The position numbers and the translations under genes are program-made. Of a stretch of DNA of 64,000 nt, positions 52,916 through 64,000 are shown one piece after another (positions within the stretch are counted from its first letter, which is position 1; every line of letters starts with the position of its first letter). The notes under the pieces are model-generated. The model had not been told where the DNA came from. It saw only the letters and a list, made by a program, of their open reading frames with translations, and ran no database searches. Source of the stretch: Harriotta raleighana (lineage: Eukaryota); assembly GCA_050575255.1 (NCBI GenBank), contig JBNZDD010013714.1, forward strand, positions 6,798,959 through 6,862,958, in the 5' to 3' direction.

Positions 52916-54669
52916 CCTATATAGGTAGGTTTGTACCTTTTGGGCCATACTACAAATGATCTCTGCAACGACTCGTATTTGTATCTCACCTTTCGCTTAA
53001 GAAAATATCTCAAATGCTTCACAGAGTTGAAGTGTGATCTCGAGCAGGCTGGGAGACATGGGGTTAGGAGGGAGGGAGGGTGGTTGACAGTCTGGTTAAA
53101 GGATAGGGTTTTACATCACCAAGTGTGAATGTCTCAATTAACAACCATGTTAATTGCAACTTGGGAACAGAGTGAAGTAAATTCATATTAAACTTATGCA
53201 TTACTCTACGAGGCAGCACAAAAGTACCTTTGCTCTCTCCCTGCTTTCAAATCCAGTCTTGGCTTCCTCTTAGAAATTGCAGATTTTTTGTACCCTTAGG
53301 ATACTTTGGTTGGTGTCCACATGCATACAGCATAAAGTATCCATTTTGTTCTCTTCCTCCCAACTGGTCCTCATTTCGCTCTGTACATTCACCGGCAGAA
53401 ATACTTACTTTGTGTGAATGTCCACGGTTTAAGTTTCTGATACTTAAGGGAAGCTGAGCTTGTGAGTGTGAAGATTTTATGAAAAACATCAGTATCAAAA
53501 AGTAAACTTCAAAAATTGTTGTCCCTGGGTCATACCAGTGGCAGCAGCAACGGTTTGACTATGCCATGAATTAACACATTCATTGAATAGCAACATAACC
53601 ATTAAGGAACATGAAAATTCAACAATTCTAAGCTTATGACTGAGCTGTTACTCAATACCATTTGTCCGCCTTTTCTTCACACACTCTGATACCCTTGCGA
53701 GTTACTACATAAATATTTTCACCATCCTTGCTTTAACTTTTCCTCAGCTGAATTCCACAATCCTACAACATTTTCAGTAAAACTGATAATAATAATAATC
53801 TTTACATATGATATAGCGCATTTCAAGTTCGGAGGACATCTCAAAGTGCTATGTCCTGTAAAATATAATGGCTTTGTATTTTGTAGGGTGCACAGAACTG
53901 ATGTAGGGCTTGAACCCACATTCTTCTGATTTAGAGATGAAAGTGCTACCAATTGAGTCAGGCTGACACAAATGAATTCACTCCTAACAGGTCTATCTCT
54001 AATTTGATTGTTTGCCCTTATAGTGTTTTATATAGTCATTTCAGTTCTGTCCGAGTCCCTATACATCCGTCAATCGAGACGCAGCATTTTCTCTTACTGT
54101 AGTTTCCATAGCTCTCCAACTTTGACATTCTTGGATATTTTGCCAGGCCTTTTAAATCATTTGCACATTCAGGAACTGCCAAGCTTTTCTGTAACTTAGT
54201 ACACGTTCGTAAATAAAGCTTTGACTAACTCAGTGCATCTGTACATAGATCCATTGTGTGGAATTATAATGCGATTTGTTTTTTTTCTTCCACTGTGAAA
54301 GGACATGTTTAGCATTTAAAACATTTTGCCTAGGAACAAAACCTTCACACTCTCATTTAATTATAATGCATGAATTAGTTATTGATACTTAACAGCCAGT
54401 TGGTCTGTCAATTGGCCCACTCTTGTCACAGGCCTGTGACCCTGTGCTTTAACATTTAAAATGCAAGAGACTGAGATCGCTGAACAACACTGAAGTAACA
54501 GCTCCTCTGGCTGTGTGCCTGATATTGGGTAAGGTTCCTGGTGTGTTGGCTCTTGACATTTTGTTTAAATGGCAGGAAAGGTCCTAATCAGCCTGACATC
54601 TCCTGGCAGACATCCTGACTGCTGGGATGTTTGTAGCTGAAACCCAGGCCCACTTTTAGCACTTCACAG

Positions 54670-54778
54670 AACAATGTCTGGTGTGATGCTTGTGAAAGCG
54701 TGGAATCCACTGCCACAGAAGGTCGTGGATACAGAATTAATTGGGATATTTATAGGGATGATAGATGGATACTTTGCT
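54670..54778 (+). mobile_element. CR1 3' fragment
   Basis: V-K-A-W-N-P-L-P-Q-K-V-V-D-T-E...IFIGMIDGY resembles the CR1 ORF2 C-terminus (WNxLPxxVVEAxSxxxFKxxLD). Confidence 0.6.
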
Positions 54779-57700
54779 TGCTCGGTGATCCAAATATTTT
54801 CCATAAAGCACTTAAAGATGTTGAGCTACATGAAAGGCTCTATGTAAGTATAAGTTTTGGGAATGTGGAATAGGAATGTAGAGAATCAGGATCAAGAGAA
54901 AGCCATTCAGGCCACTGAGACAGTTCCACAGTCAGATTTGTGCTGTATCATATCTACAGCGCATTTTAAATTTACCAGAAGGAAGTCTAGATCTAATTTC
55001 ATTGTCATTTCCTGCTTCTGTTCTTGTTGTGGCTGTGCTGGAAATAAGATAGTGACTGCACAATGTACAAACGAGCAGCAGAATATAGATCCACCCATGC
55101 TCTGCAGTGAGCTATTTTGTCGTTTAGTAATTCTTTGTATTTATTTTCTCGTAAAAGCTGCACAAACTCAGTTTATTTCCTTTACTCAGAGTTTGATCGA
55201 AAGCTTTCATCAAGTGGTTTATCTGATGAAAACTGACAAGCTCTTCTTCTTTCTGTAGCCTGTTCCCTCTTCCTTGCCCAATTCCAACAAAGCAGTGGAT
55301 CCCTTTTTTTGTTGACTGTAATTTCTCCTTATCCCCAGCTCCTCCCCAGTTTCTTTCATGTCTCCCCAAGGAATAAGACCAGGTTGCAGTGGCTCCTATC
55401 TGATCAAATTGCTTTGGGAATACGTTGTTGCAAGCACATCTCTGTGATCTGTCGAGGACACCATCTCCATTCTCCCCTTTCATTAAGAGTTTTTAAAAAA
55501 TTATATAGTAGTAGCACTTATCAAATTATCCATTCTGAATGAAATGCACATGGTGGAAATAGGATATTCTTTACGAAACAGGCCCTCGTGAGGTTTACTC
55601 AGTTTGCGACCAGTCCTATGCTGAAGTGTGCTTTTGTCGTTAACAGTGTCCTACAGGACATCCGTTCCCTTGCGTGTTAAGAAGTTGCACTATACAATGG
55701 GGAGAAAACCATTACCCAGTCACGGGATGTGAGGCTCTCTATGTACATTTGAACAGTCTTTGTCGTAGGCAGCAATGGCAGCTGTTACTTGGAAAATTGC
55801 GAACTGTCAGGCTGCAGGATATGAATTAGTAAGACCGGAGGAACGTTATTTAAACTTGGGTAATTGAAAACACATTCTTGTAATTAAAAAGAAGCAAGTG
55901 ATTGATGGTTGCCATTTTCCAAGTACTTTTAGATCATTTTTCATCTCTGCTGTGGGCCCTTGACATATTTAGTCTTGGTCTGGTTCTTGGGTGTTTGGGA
56001 GCGGATATTGCTCAGAAAGTAAAGTGCGTTCCATTTAGATACAAAGATGAATTGAACAGTTACTTACTGTTAGAAATGCTCAGCATGTGCCTGCATTTTG
56101 CTATGAGTATAAGAAAATGAACTGTTATCCGCTCAGATTCTCAAACAATAGGATTCCCAAATAATGGTCCTTTCTTCAGCTATGGGCGAAGCAATCATAA
56201 ACTAGGATTTGTTGTACAATCAGAGCACAGTAGTAGCAGCCAATGTGAGGTGAACAGCTGTGCACACACGCGTTTGGCTGTTCAGTGTGCAGGGCACAAA
56301 GGGACCACTTAATCACCTTTCAACTCTTGTCATTGTTCCCGATGCAAGATCACTTTAAAAAGGCAAATATTAGACCAAGGACAGGATAAATCAAAAGGAT
56401 TGTCGGACCTGGAAAAAGAAAGCGACATTAGGTGAGGCACAACAGTAGTGAATATTAAGCTAGGGAAGCTGATGTGAAATGTACTGAACTCTTGTGTATG
56501 AGGAAATATTGAGACTAAATCAGTGATCCTCAAACAAATGTTTTTGTGTGGCCACCAGTGAATGTTAGCCCTTGAGGTGCTAGCTGCTGTCGTCCAGCCA
56601 TCCACTTTGTAGTAGTGAGTCCAACGCTCGCTCCAACTACCAGGCTCATTAGATGCTTGCACCTTCTTTCCCCCCCTTCAAAGTGCTGGAGTGAGGGGGA
56701 ATGGGGATATCTGCTATGACCATATTAAATCACATGATGGCGTATTTGAGAAAGGCTGGACAAAACCCAACAAAAATGAAAAGGGTTCGAGCCAAGGTTC
56801 ATGTAGATAACAGGGAGATCGAGCTCAAAAAATGGACGCAGGTCTTTTGCTGTAACAGAGAAAGTTAAGAAGGGATCAAAGAAAAACTTCCCACACCTTC
56901 CCTTGTCTTAAGTCACTGTACAGCTCCATTAGGGGTTGTCTGCTTGGATGTATGAAATGGGGGACTTTTCTTTGTAATCAGATAACTTAATGTACCAGGA
57001 AGCTTCTTCATGTTTCGCCTACCTCAAATTGGATTGTTCCATTACCCTGTCTGTGGCCTATGGCCACTTCCCCTCATTTCTGTTGTTGTTTCCACTGAGT
57101 AGTCCAGGCAACAACCAAGGAAACTCATTCCATCTGGCAGGCAAATTGAAGTCACAACCAGTCCTGGCACTTCACCCATTGTTGATCCTGTTAAGAAGGC
57201 AGGGGTAGAATTCCTTCAGCAGAGCAGGCTGCGATGCTGATTTTACTCTTCCTTCTGGCATTTTACACAAAATATTTTCCCTTTCTGTACTGAGCGCCAA
57301 GTGGGTCTGTAAACAACCTGTGGCTGTTGACTGCTGTGTAATTGGTCGCTGAGAGAAGGCCCCGCTTTACTTGTCCTCATTTTCTTCCTGTGGATGTGTG
57401 TCTTGCCTTTGGAGCCTGCCCCGGGCAGATTGGCTGTCCATAGGCCTCAAACACCCCCCCGGTTTCATCCTGATCTACATATGTTTCAACAGCGGAACAC
57501 ATAATGGAGCATAATGTTCATTTCTGATGGTAGCTCTGGGATCCTGCCCTGCATGAGAAGTGCTATATAAATGCAAAATAATAGGCACAGAGGAATAAAT
57601 ACAACTGGATACACACTTACATATACAGTGTATATATACTGTATATATCTACAAAGCATTTTTTCATACTGGATGGACGTTGAACAAGTCCAGAATGCCA

Positions 57701-59819
57701 GAAATGGGGTTACTTTCCTTCGCAGGCATCTGCTTTGTGTCCTTCGGAGTCATGGGGGAATACGTCTGTGAGTTTGTACCTGCTGAGAAGCCGTCAGAGA
57801 TTGTCCAAAGTCATTTCACTGTGACACCCCCCCCCATCCCCCCTCCCTCCCCCATCAGCAAACAGCAGCCTGCAAGACCCTTTGCCCCATCTGTCTGGAC
57901 TGGGTTTGAACTCTGCTCCCAGATGTGAAACAGCAGTATACTGATGCACTCGGTCCCCACCTGCTGTTTTGTTTTCTTGTACCTCTCGAGTCCCCAGGTC
58001 GCTTTGGAGATTCTAAAATGTCTTCTTCTCACATGCAGCAGAGCAAGGGGAGCAGATTCCTCCTCAAATCCACAGCGTGCTGCTGAATTCATCATCAACC
58101 CGAGGGGAACTTGACATGTTTCCCCCCACATCAAAACAACTCTTGCTTTTATTTTAAATGCGCTGTTAAATGCCCTCCTCTCCTGAATATCGCTAAGTGA
58201 TCCATTTGACCTTCCTTCAGGAGGGAAAACAAATTCCCTACAATAACAGGCACCAGTTCAATACCCCGCCGTCAAAGTCTTTTTTTTTTACCCCCCTCAG
58301 GTCGTGCGTGGACACAAGGGGTTCCATCTCCAGTCTATAGTTCTTTGCTGAGAGCTTGTAAAACTGCTGCTTTGCAGCTGCTGCACTGAGGTATCTGCTC
58401 TGAGGGGACTTGAAAGCCGCTACGAAGCGAGCGCACACTTTAGGGGGGCACTTTCTTTTTATAGCAATTTCAGCCGCCTCATCTGTGAATCTGGGAACGC
58501 TGTGCTCTGGAGCACCGCTGCTCGGTTTTCCCAGTCCCATTGCCGTGCAATTTTAAATAAAAGATTAGTTTGGAATATTCACCTGCTGTGGTGAAGCCTC
58601 ACTTCCCAGTAAAATCATTGCCCGCGTCTATGGGACTGCAGGCTGTCATTTGCTTGGAGAACGGTGCATGCCTCCGCAGCTCTGTCCTGTGCTGTCCTAT
58701 GTTGTGTGCGAAGGCTGATCTCAATAGACCTCGAGCTGCCCCGAAGAGACAGATAGAATATTCTTAGGTTACATTCACCGAACCCTGTCAAATGATATGC
58801 ATTTTTCGCAAAGGGAGAGTGAAATGGGGACAGTATCAGAGGCTAGGACACATCCTTGCTCAGGCTTCCAGTGAGCTCTGACCTCGCTCCAGCTGCCTTA
58901 GTGTGGGCTGTTGCTATGCATAAATTGGCTGCTGCGCTTGCCTATGAAATGCACAGTCGCTATATTTACAGCAAATCCTGCTAGGCACTTTGAGACATCC
59001 TCACAATGTGAAAGGCACTGTATCAAATGGGATGAGCACTGTTATTTTTGGAAGCAGAATATGCCGAGCAGATTAGACTGAATAACATACTGAGGAAGGG
59101 TGCACAGTCTGATAGTGTCTGACTCTTGACACAATCTGCTGGCATTTTCCTGTTGTCTAACCTCAGTATAAGCTTAGGTCAGCCCCCCTAACCATTGTTG
59201 CGCTCCCCATCTTCCTGTTGTGCAACACGGAGCTGCGTGGGAAAGGGATTCTCATCAGGCCGGGGTTTTGTGACAGCATCAGGAGCAATGAACTCTGGTG
59301 GACACTCATAGACAGGAATTTGCTCAAAAAATGTTTTAATTGCGAGTCAGTTCAAAAACTGGAGGCTAACTGGGAGCGTGCTCACAGCTGCAGTAGACTC
59401 TCGGGTTTCAACGACTGCATAAACTGCTCAAATTTCTAAACGTGATTTATGCTCTCAGCCGTATCCTTCTAGTCTTGTGTTGTAGTCTTGTGATTCTCTC
59501 CCAGTGGTGTCTTATTTTCTATACAATGTGCGCGGGCCACTTTATTCCTGGTAGTCGACCCCTAAACATTTCTTGGTGAAATTTCCCGTCATTTTCACTG
59601 CTAGCTGTATGCTGGCCTTCGCACGGACCAGACCAGACAATGGTGTCTGTGCAGAAATTTGTGCAGAATTTGCACATACCTGAATAAAACTGCCCTGTGA
59701 CATTCACATATTCCAACAATTCAATACCCTGGAGTGAGTACAAGGCTGCATTCTCAACTTGGCAACGCATGACCATTATAAACCACTCAGACATGCTCCC
59801 TGGAGTTGTAAAAAGCTGA

Positions 59820-60070
59820 GCCATAGAAGTTTGATTTTTCTTATTCCCCCTAGTCTGTGATGAGTTGGAAAGATGCCTGGGAGAGCAGTCAGGGTGCCAC
59901 AATGAACCTCAGCACTCGAGATTTTGTGGGGGTCGGTCAGGGTGCTGCTCCTAATAACCACCAAAGAGGAGGGTGGGTGAGCGAATGATCAGTGAGTGCA
60001 AACATGAGCAAGCTTGGCTGTGATTTTTGGCTTTAAATAAAAGGAGTGGGGGAGACTAATGGGCCTGAGA
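59820..60070 (+). mobile_element. Ancient tRNA-SINE remnant of a different family (AmnSINE2-like, tentative); related tail at about 6590-6645
   Basis: gtctgtgatgagttg...gggtgccacaatgaacctcagcac...cagggtgctgctcct...gcttggctgtgat resembles an ancient vertebrate SINE consensus from memory; family name uncertain. Confidence 0.35.
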
Positions 60071-61149
60071 CTGAAACTGGAAGGAGGAGAAGGAAGCCTT
60101 AAACACTTTTCACACGAAGAAGGGAAACATGATTAAGCTTTGTTCTTGTGGTTTGCAAATTAACCTGAACTTTCTCTGCCTTGGTGTTCTTCCCGGATAT
60201 ACATTATTCGCAGTTTGATGCACTTCAATTGCTATACTATCTTGTAGCAATTTGCATGTAGTGAGGTGTTCTACTCGAATCGCCCTTTCTATGATTTCAT
60301 GATTAATACATTGTGATCTATCGCAGAGCATTTGAAGGATAGTTACTATAGACGGTAATGAATAACCTGGTGTCTCAGTGTGTGTGTGGGAAAAAAAGAA
60401 CCATTTGGTTGGGACGTTAAGTGGAGAGGCTGGCACAGTGCATTCACTGACAAACTCTACAGGGATCTAAGGAAGCTTAGAATAAGTCATCGGGAATTTA
60501 CAATTACTATGAATAATGGTGAATTATTATTATAAAAGCTGGAATGAGAGCTGATTGTTACTGCACCTCAGGATTCCCTGATCAACCCTGAGCCATGTGT
60601 GCCCCTCATTCTGCCTGTCAGCCCCACCTGCCTACATTAATAATCCCACAGCACTATTTGAAGGGAAGTACGTTTCTCCTGGTGTCCTGGATAAACATCC
60701 CCGCACATCAGAGCAGGTGACTTTCGTTTAGTGACTCGCCCCTGTGGTGCCTTTGAGATCAGCAAATTGTGCAAAGAAGACAGTTTCTCGAAGCAGCAAA
60801 TGGAACAGTAGAAATGTTTTCAGCGCAGAAGACTTAATGCTGCGTGGAGGGTGTATGTCGATGTGGTGGGACATAACTTCTCAAAGTGCTTTGCATGTTG
60901 ATTTGGTGGCGATGGCCTTAGACAAGTTATCAAGATGTTCCGCTCAGTGTGGGCTGCTCCAGAAAGCTACCCTGCATGAGGGGAGCAATGTAAAGTGAGA
61001 GTGCGAGAGTGTTGTTAGTCTCACTTTCCTGCTTTTCCCCTCACCCGTTTATATTTTTCCTTTTCAAATATTTGTCTGATTCCCTTTGGAAACATTTTCT
61101 GCTTATCTAAGGAACTAACATCAAATCTTTAAGCGATCTTTCCGATTGC

Positions 61150-61522
61150 CACACCATTGACAGGCAGGCTTTCAGCTTGTTCTGCATCCACTCACTGCAA
61201 CTTAATCCTACAAACCCATCAATGCATGCCCTCCCTCCTTCCCACTGTTCAAGCCTGTCACAAGACTTGCCTCTTTAATCGCACTTCTAATCATCTATCC
61301 CCTCTCCCCCCTCTTCGGATCCCCAATATCCCCTTCACCCAGCTCCGGTGCCCAGGCAATATTGTAAAGCACTTTGACTNACACTTCTAATCATCTATCC
61401 CCTCTCCCCCCTCTTCGGATGCTACCCCCTTCACCCAGCTCCGGTGCCCAGGCAATATTGTAAAGCACTTTGACTTGTCTTCTTGATGCAAAAGAGCTAC
61501 AGTATATAAATGTAAATTGTGT
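61150..61522 (+). mobile_element. Decayed L2 3' fragment (contains a gap-associated duplication)
   Basis: ggcaggctttcagc...ttcaagcctgtcacaagacttgcctcttt...aaagcactttgac...tataaatgtaaattgt. Confidence 0.65.
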
Positions 61523-62287
61523 TTTAGGGGCAAGTGATGCTGTGTAGCTAGGAATTGCTGCATGTCACCAACAGAAAGCCAGGGGTGGGCATGTTTAATT
61601 GAAGATCACAAAATTGATTTGGATGAAGAAGGCCTTTCAGTCCACCTGATCTCATCCCTCCAGAACGCTCATCCTAGCTTTCTCCCACCAAAGCATCAAG
61701 CTGCTTGTTTAATGAAGACTTCTTCATTAAAAGTCTGAAATAATGAGCAGATGCAACTGTGTGTAGCCACCACTGTATAGATCAGGAATTTCAGTTTATT
61801 TTGATCCTGTATAATCCAAGCTGCAAGTCAATACTCCATATAACGCCTTTCCTCCACTGATATAAATGTCTAAAATGTAGCAAAAGAATATGGAAGACTG
61901 GAGGGGTTTAATCTTTCTTCATCCTGTGCTTTGATGTGCGTTCCTTTCATGGTTTACGGTGAGGTCAAGTGCGGACTGATCAAATCCTGAGAGTAAAGAA
62001 ACACAGAAACGCAAATAGGAAAATATTGGAAGCTTTTAAAAAAATCAAAGACTGTAGACAGTACCTTTGGGGAAATTGAAGCAGTGCAGAACCTTGTCAG
62101 TTTGCATTAAGATGAGATCTATGATCCCTAATGGATCCTCTCCTCATCTTAACCTCTCACCTCAGTTATCAAGAGTTGACGGATCAGTGGGCTGGAGCTG
62201 TGCTGCTTGATCATATCTGACGGTAGGAGGCGCTGTGTCCGTTGCCCCACACTGAGGTGAACATCTTCCCAATTGTTTACAGGAATA

Positions 62288-62680
62288 ACAGCAAATAATA
62301 TGTATTTATATGGTACCTTCCACAAAGCATAATGTCTCGAAAGTGCTTCACAGTGGTGGGGCCATGATGCTGAGCAAAAGAGAAGGATGATGATAGGGGT
62401 GGTCAAAAAGGCAGGTGTTCAGGTGTGAGTTAAAGAGATATAGACAGGGACTTGTGTGTAGAAATAGTGACTGGGAGTTTCAGACTTTAGGGGCATAATG
62501 ACTGAAGGCTCAGTCACTGATGGTAGTGTGGAGGGGACAGGGAGATATCCAGCAGGTCTGAGTTAAGTGAGCACAGGGGACAAACAGAGGAGTGGGGTAT
62601 GCGAAGATCAGAGAGACAGAGAGGGGTGTACTAGGGCATGAAAGGTGAGGACCTTGAAGTTGATCTATTGGGAGACAGGC
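62288..62680 (-). mobile_element. Old L2 3' fragment
   Basis: tgtatttatatggtaccttccac...aagtgcttcacag tail followed by purine-rich antisense ORF2-end remnant. Confidence 0.55.
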
Positions 62681-62689
62681 AGAGATTTG

Positions 62690-63040
62690 GAATACTGTAG
62701 TTAAGAGTACTCGCCTAGCAAGCGAGAGAACTGGATTTGATTCCCGGTAGGGCAAAACATTGGGCACATTTCTTTACTGCACACATCTCTGTTTACCTAG
62801 ATTGAAGTAAGTAGGAACCCAGTTGTTAATTGAATGGTGGATTGCTTTTCTGGGGGTAAAATTCCTTAAGAAAACAATAAATCGGTCTCTCAATGAACGA
62901 CTGTTTTGTGGGACTCTGCAGTGTACAATTGGCTTGTCACCAAAATATACAGTCAATTCACTTTACAATATTTTCTGGGAAGCACTTTGAGATATCTCAA
63001 AGGTGTGATAAAGCACTATATCAAATGCAAGATTTGTTAT
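62690..63040 (+). mobile_element. Full-length tRNA-derived SINE, long subfamily (extra central block)
   Basis: tRNA-like head, extra block ctctgtttacctag...gtaggaacccagttg...ggtggattgcttttctg, Deu-type core and L2-like tail. Confidence 0.85.
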
Positions 63041-64000
63041 TTGTGGTAGTATTAGCCAGTCCTTGCAGTTGGTGGAACTGAGGCAACTGGGAAAGAGTTT
63101 GTTGAGAGTTGAGGCGGCAGGAAACAAAACTGAATAAGGGTTAATGTGAGGTTAACCCTCTTTATACTGCAGAGAGCAAAATAAACTTCTAGCATTGGTT
63201 CCACACTGGTGGGGTGAGATTTAATGAATGGTGGTAAATAAATGCTGCGTTTTTACGTTCTTTTTACATCATGTAAAATAAATTGTACATTATTCATTCG
63301 TCGTAGCTGACTAAGTCGCCTTTCAATTCCCCACTACATTGTTTCTTGTTTTGGAACAGATCTATCTCCCCAGGCTGTTTTACAATGGATGTGTAATTAA
63401 ACAATTCACCACCCCTCCCTCCCCTGCCCCCCCCCACATTTCCATTCGATATACAGTATGTGCAGAGAGTCAGGAGGAAGGTTAAAGGAGAAGGGGAGGC
63501 GGTGTCTGGCAGCTGCAGCTAAGTTGGCTTTAGATTTTAGTGAATTCAATGCATATTCACTTACAGTTTGCTCTGAACTCACTCTTCCCTGATGTTTGCT
63601 GATCTCTCAAGACTTCTGTGTTGTGTGAAGGAGTCTAGTATTTATAATAATAATCCTTGCATTTCAAATCACACCTTGTCATGTCCTTGAGACATCTCAA
63701 AGCGCTTCACAGAACAGACTGTAAAGTTAATCGTTTGTTTGTTTAGTGGGTGAAACACTATTTATAGTGGCTTTTTTTTTAATAAAAGAAATCAACTCCT
63801 ACAACAAAAGTAGCACAAAAGCGTTGCATTGTTAAGAGGTCACATTGATAGCCTACTTTCTCCCAGAGACTTTCTTTTTTCTCTTGTCTGTTTACATTAA
63901 ACCCACTGCAACCTGACCGCACATAAACACGAGAGACATCAAGCTCGGTTTGCTGTTGACTACTTTTTCCTCCAGTGGTGAAAACCTTTAAAAAGGCTTC

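Noticed and set aside
55902-56120. ORF with DIFSLGLVLGCLGAD, loosely like PEDS1 exon 3 (DFLSGLVHWGADTWG)
   Set aside because: Lacks the invariant HWGADTWG, and the candidate splice sites do not give the expected exon. Exon 3 was not found and probably lies beyond 64000.

Overview
AT-rich vertebrate genomic DNA. The repeat content (Deu-domain tRNA-SINEs with L2-type tails, L2 fragments ending in (TTG)n, shark-type Penelope ends) suggests a cartilaginous fish, probably a holocephalan such as elephant shark or chimaera; this is inference. The window holds the last three coding exons and 3' UTR of ZNF423 (+; 7527-7658, 11406-11521, 25947-25976). About 15 kb downstream, on the same strand, are the promoter and first two coding exons of a PEDS1/TMEM189-family plasmanylethanolamine desaturase gene (41181-41346, 49586-49705; exon 3 not found in the window). 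The rest is intronic or intergenic: SINEs, 5'-truncated L2 and CR1 LINEs, pogo/Tigger-like MITEs, a Ty3/Gypsy pol fossil, an internally inverted DIRS-like fossil and several candidate conserved enhancers. Almost all ORFs in the supplied track are spurious or repeat-derived. I see no support for a wholly new molecular system. The best leads are the PEDS1-like gene next to ZNF423 (a possible ancient ohnolog absent from this position in human), a perfect 26-bp intronic hairpin, and an apparent excess of Tc1/mariner-type excision footprints.
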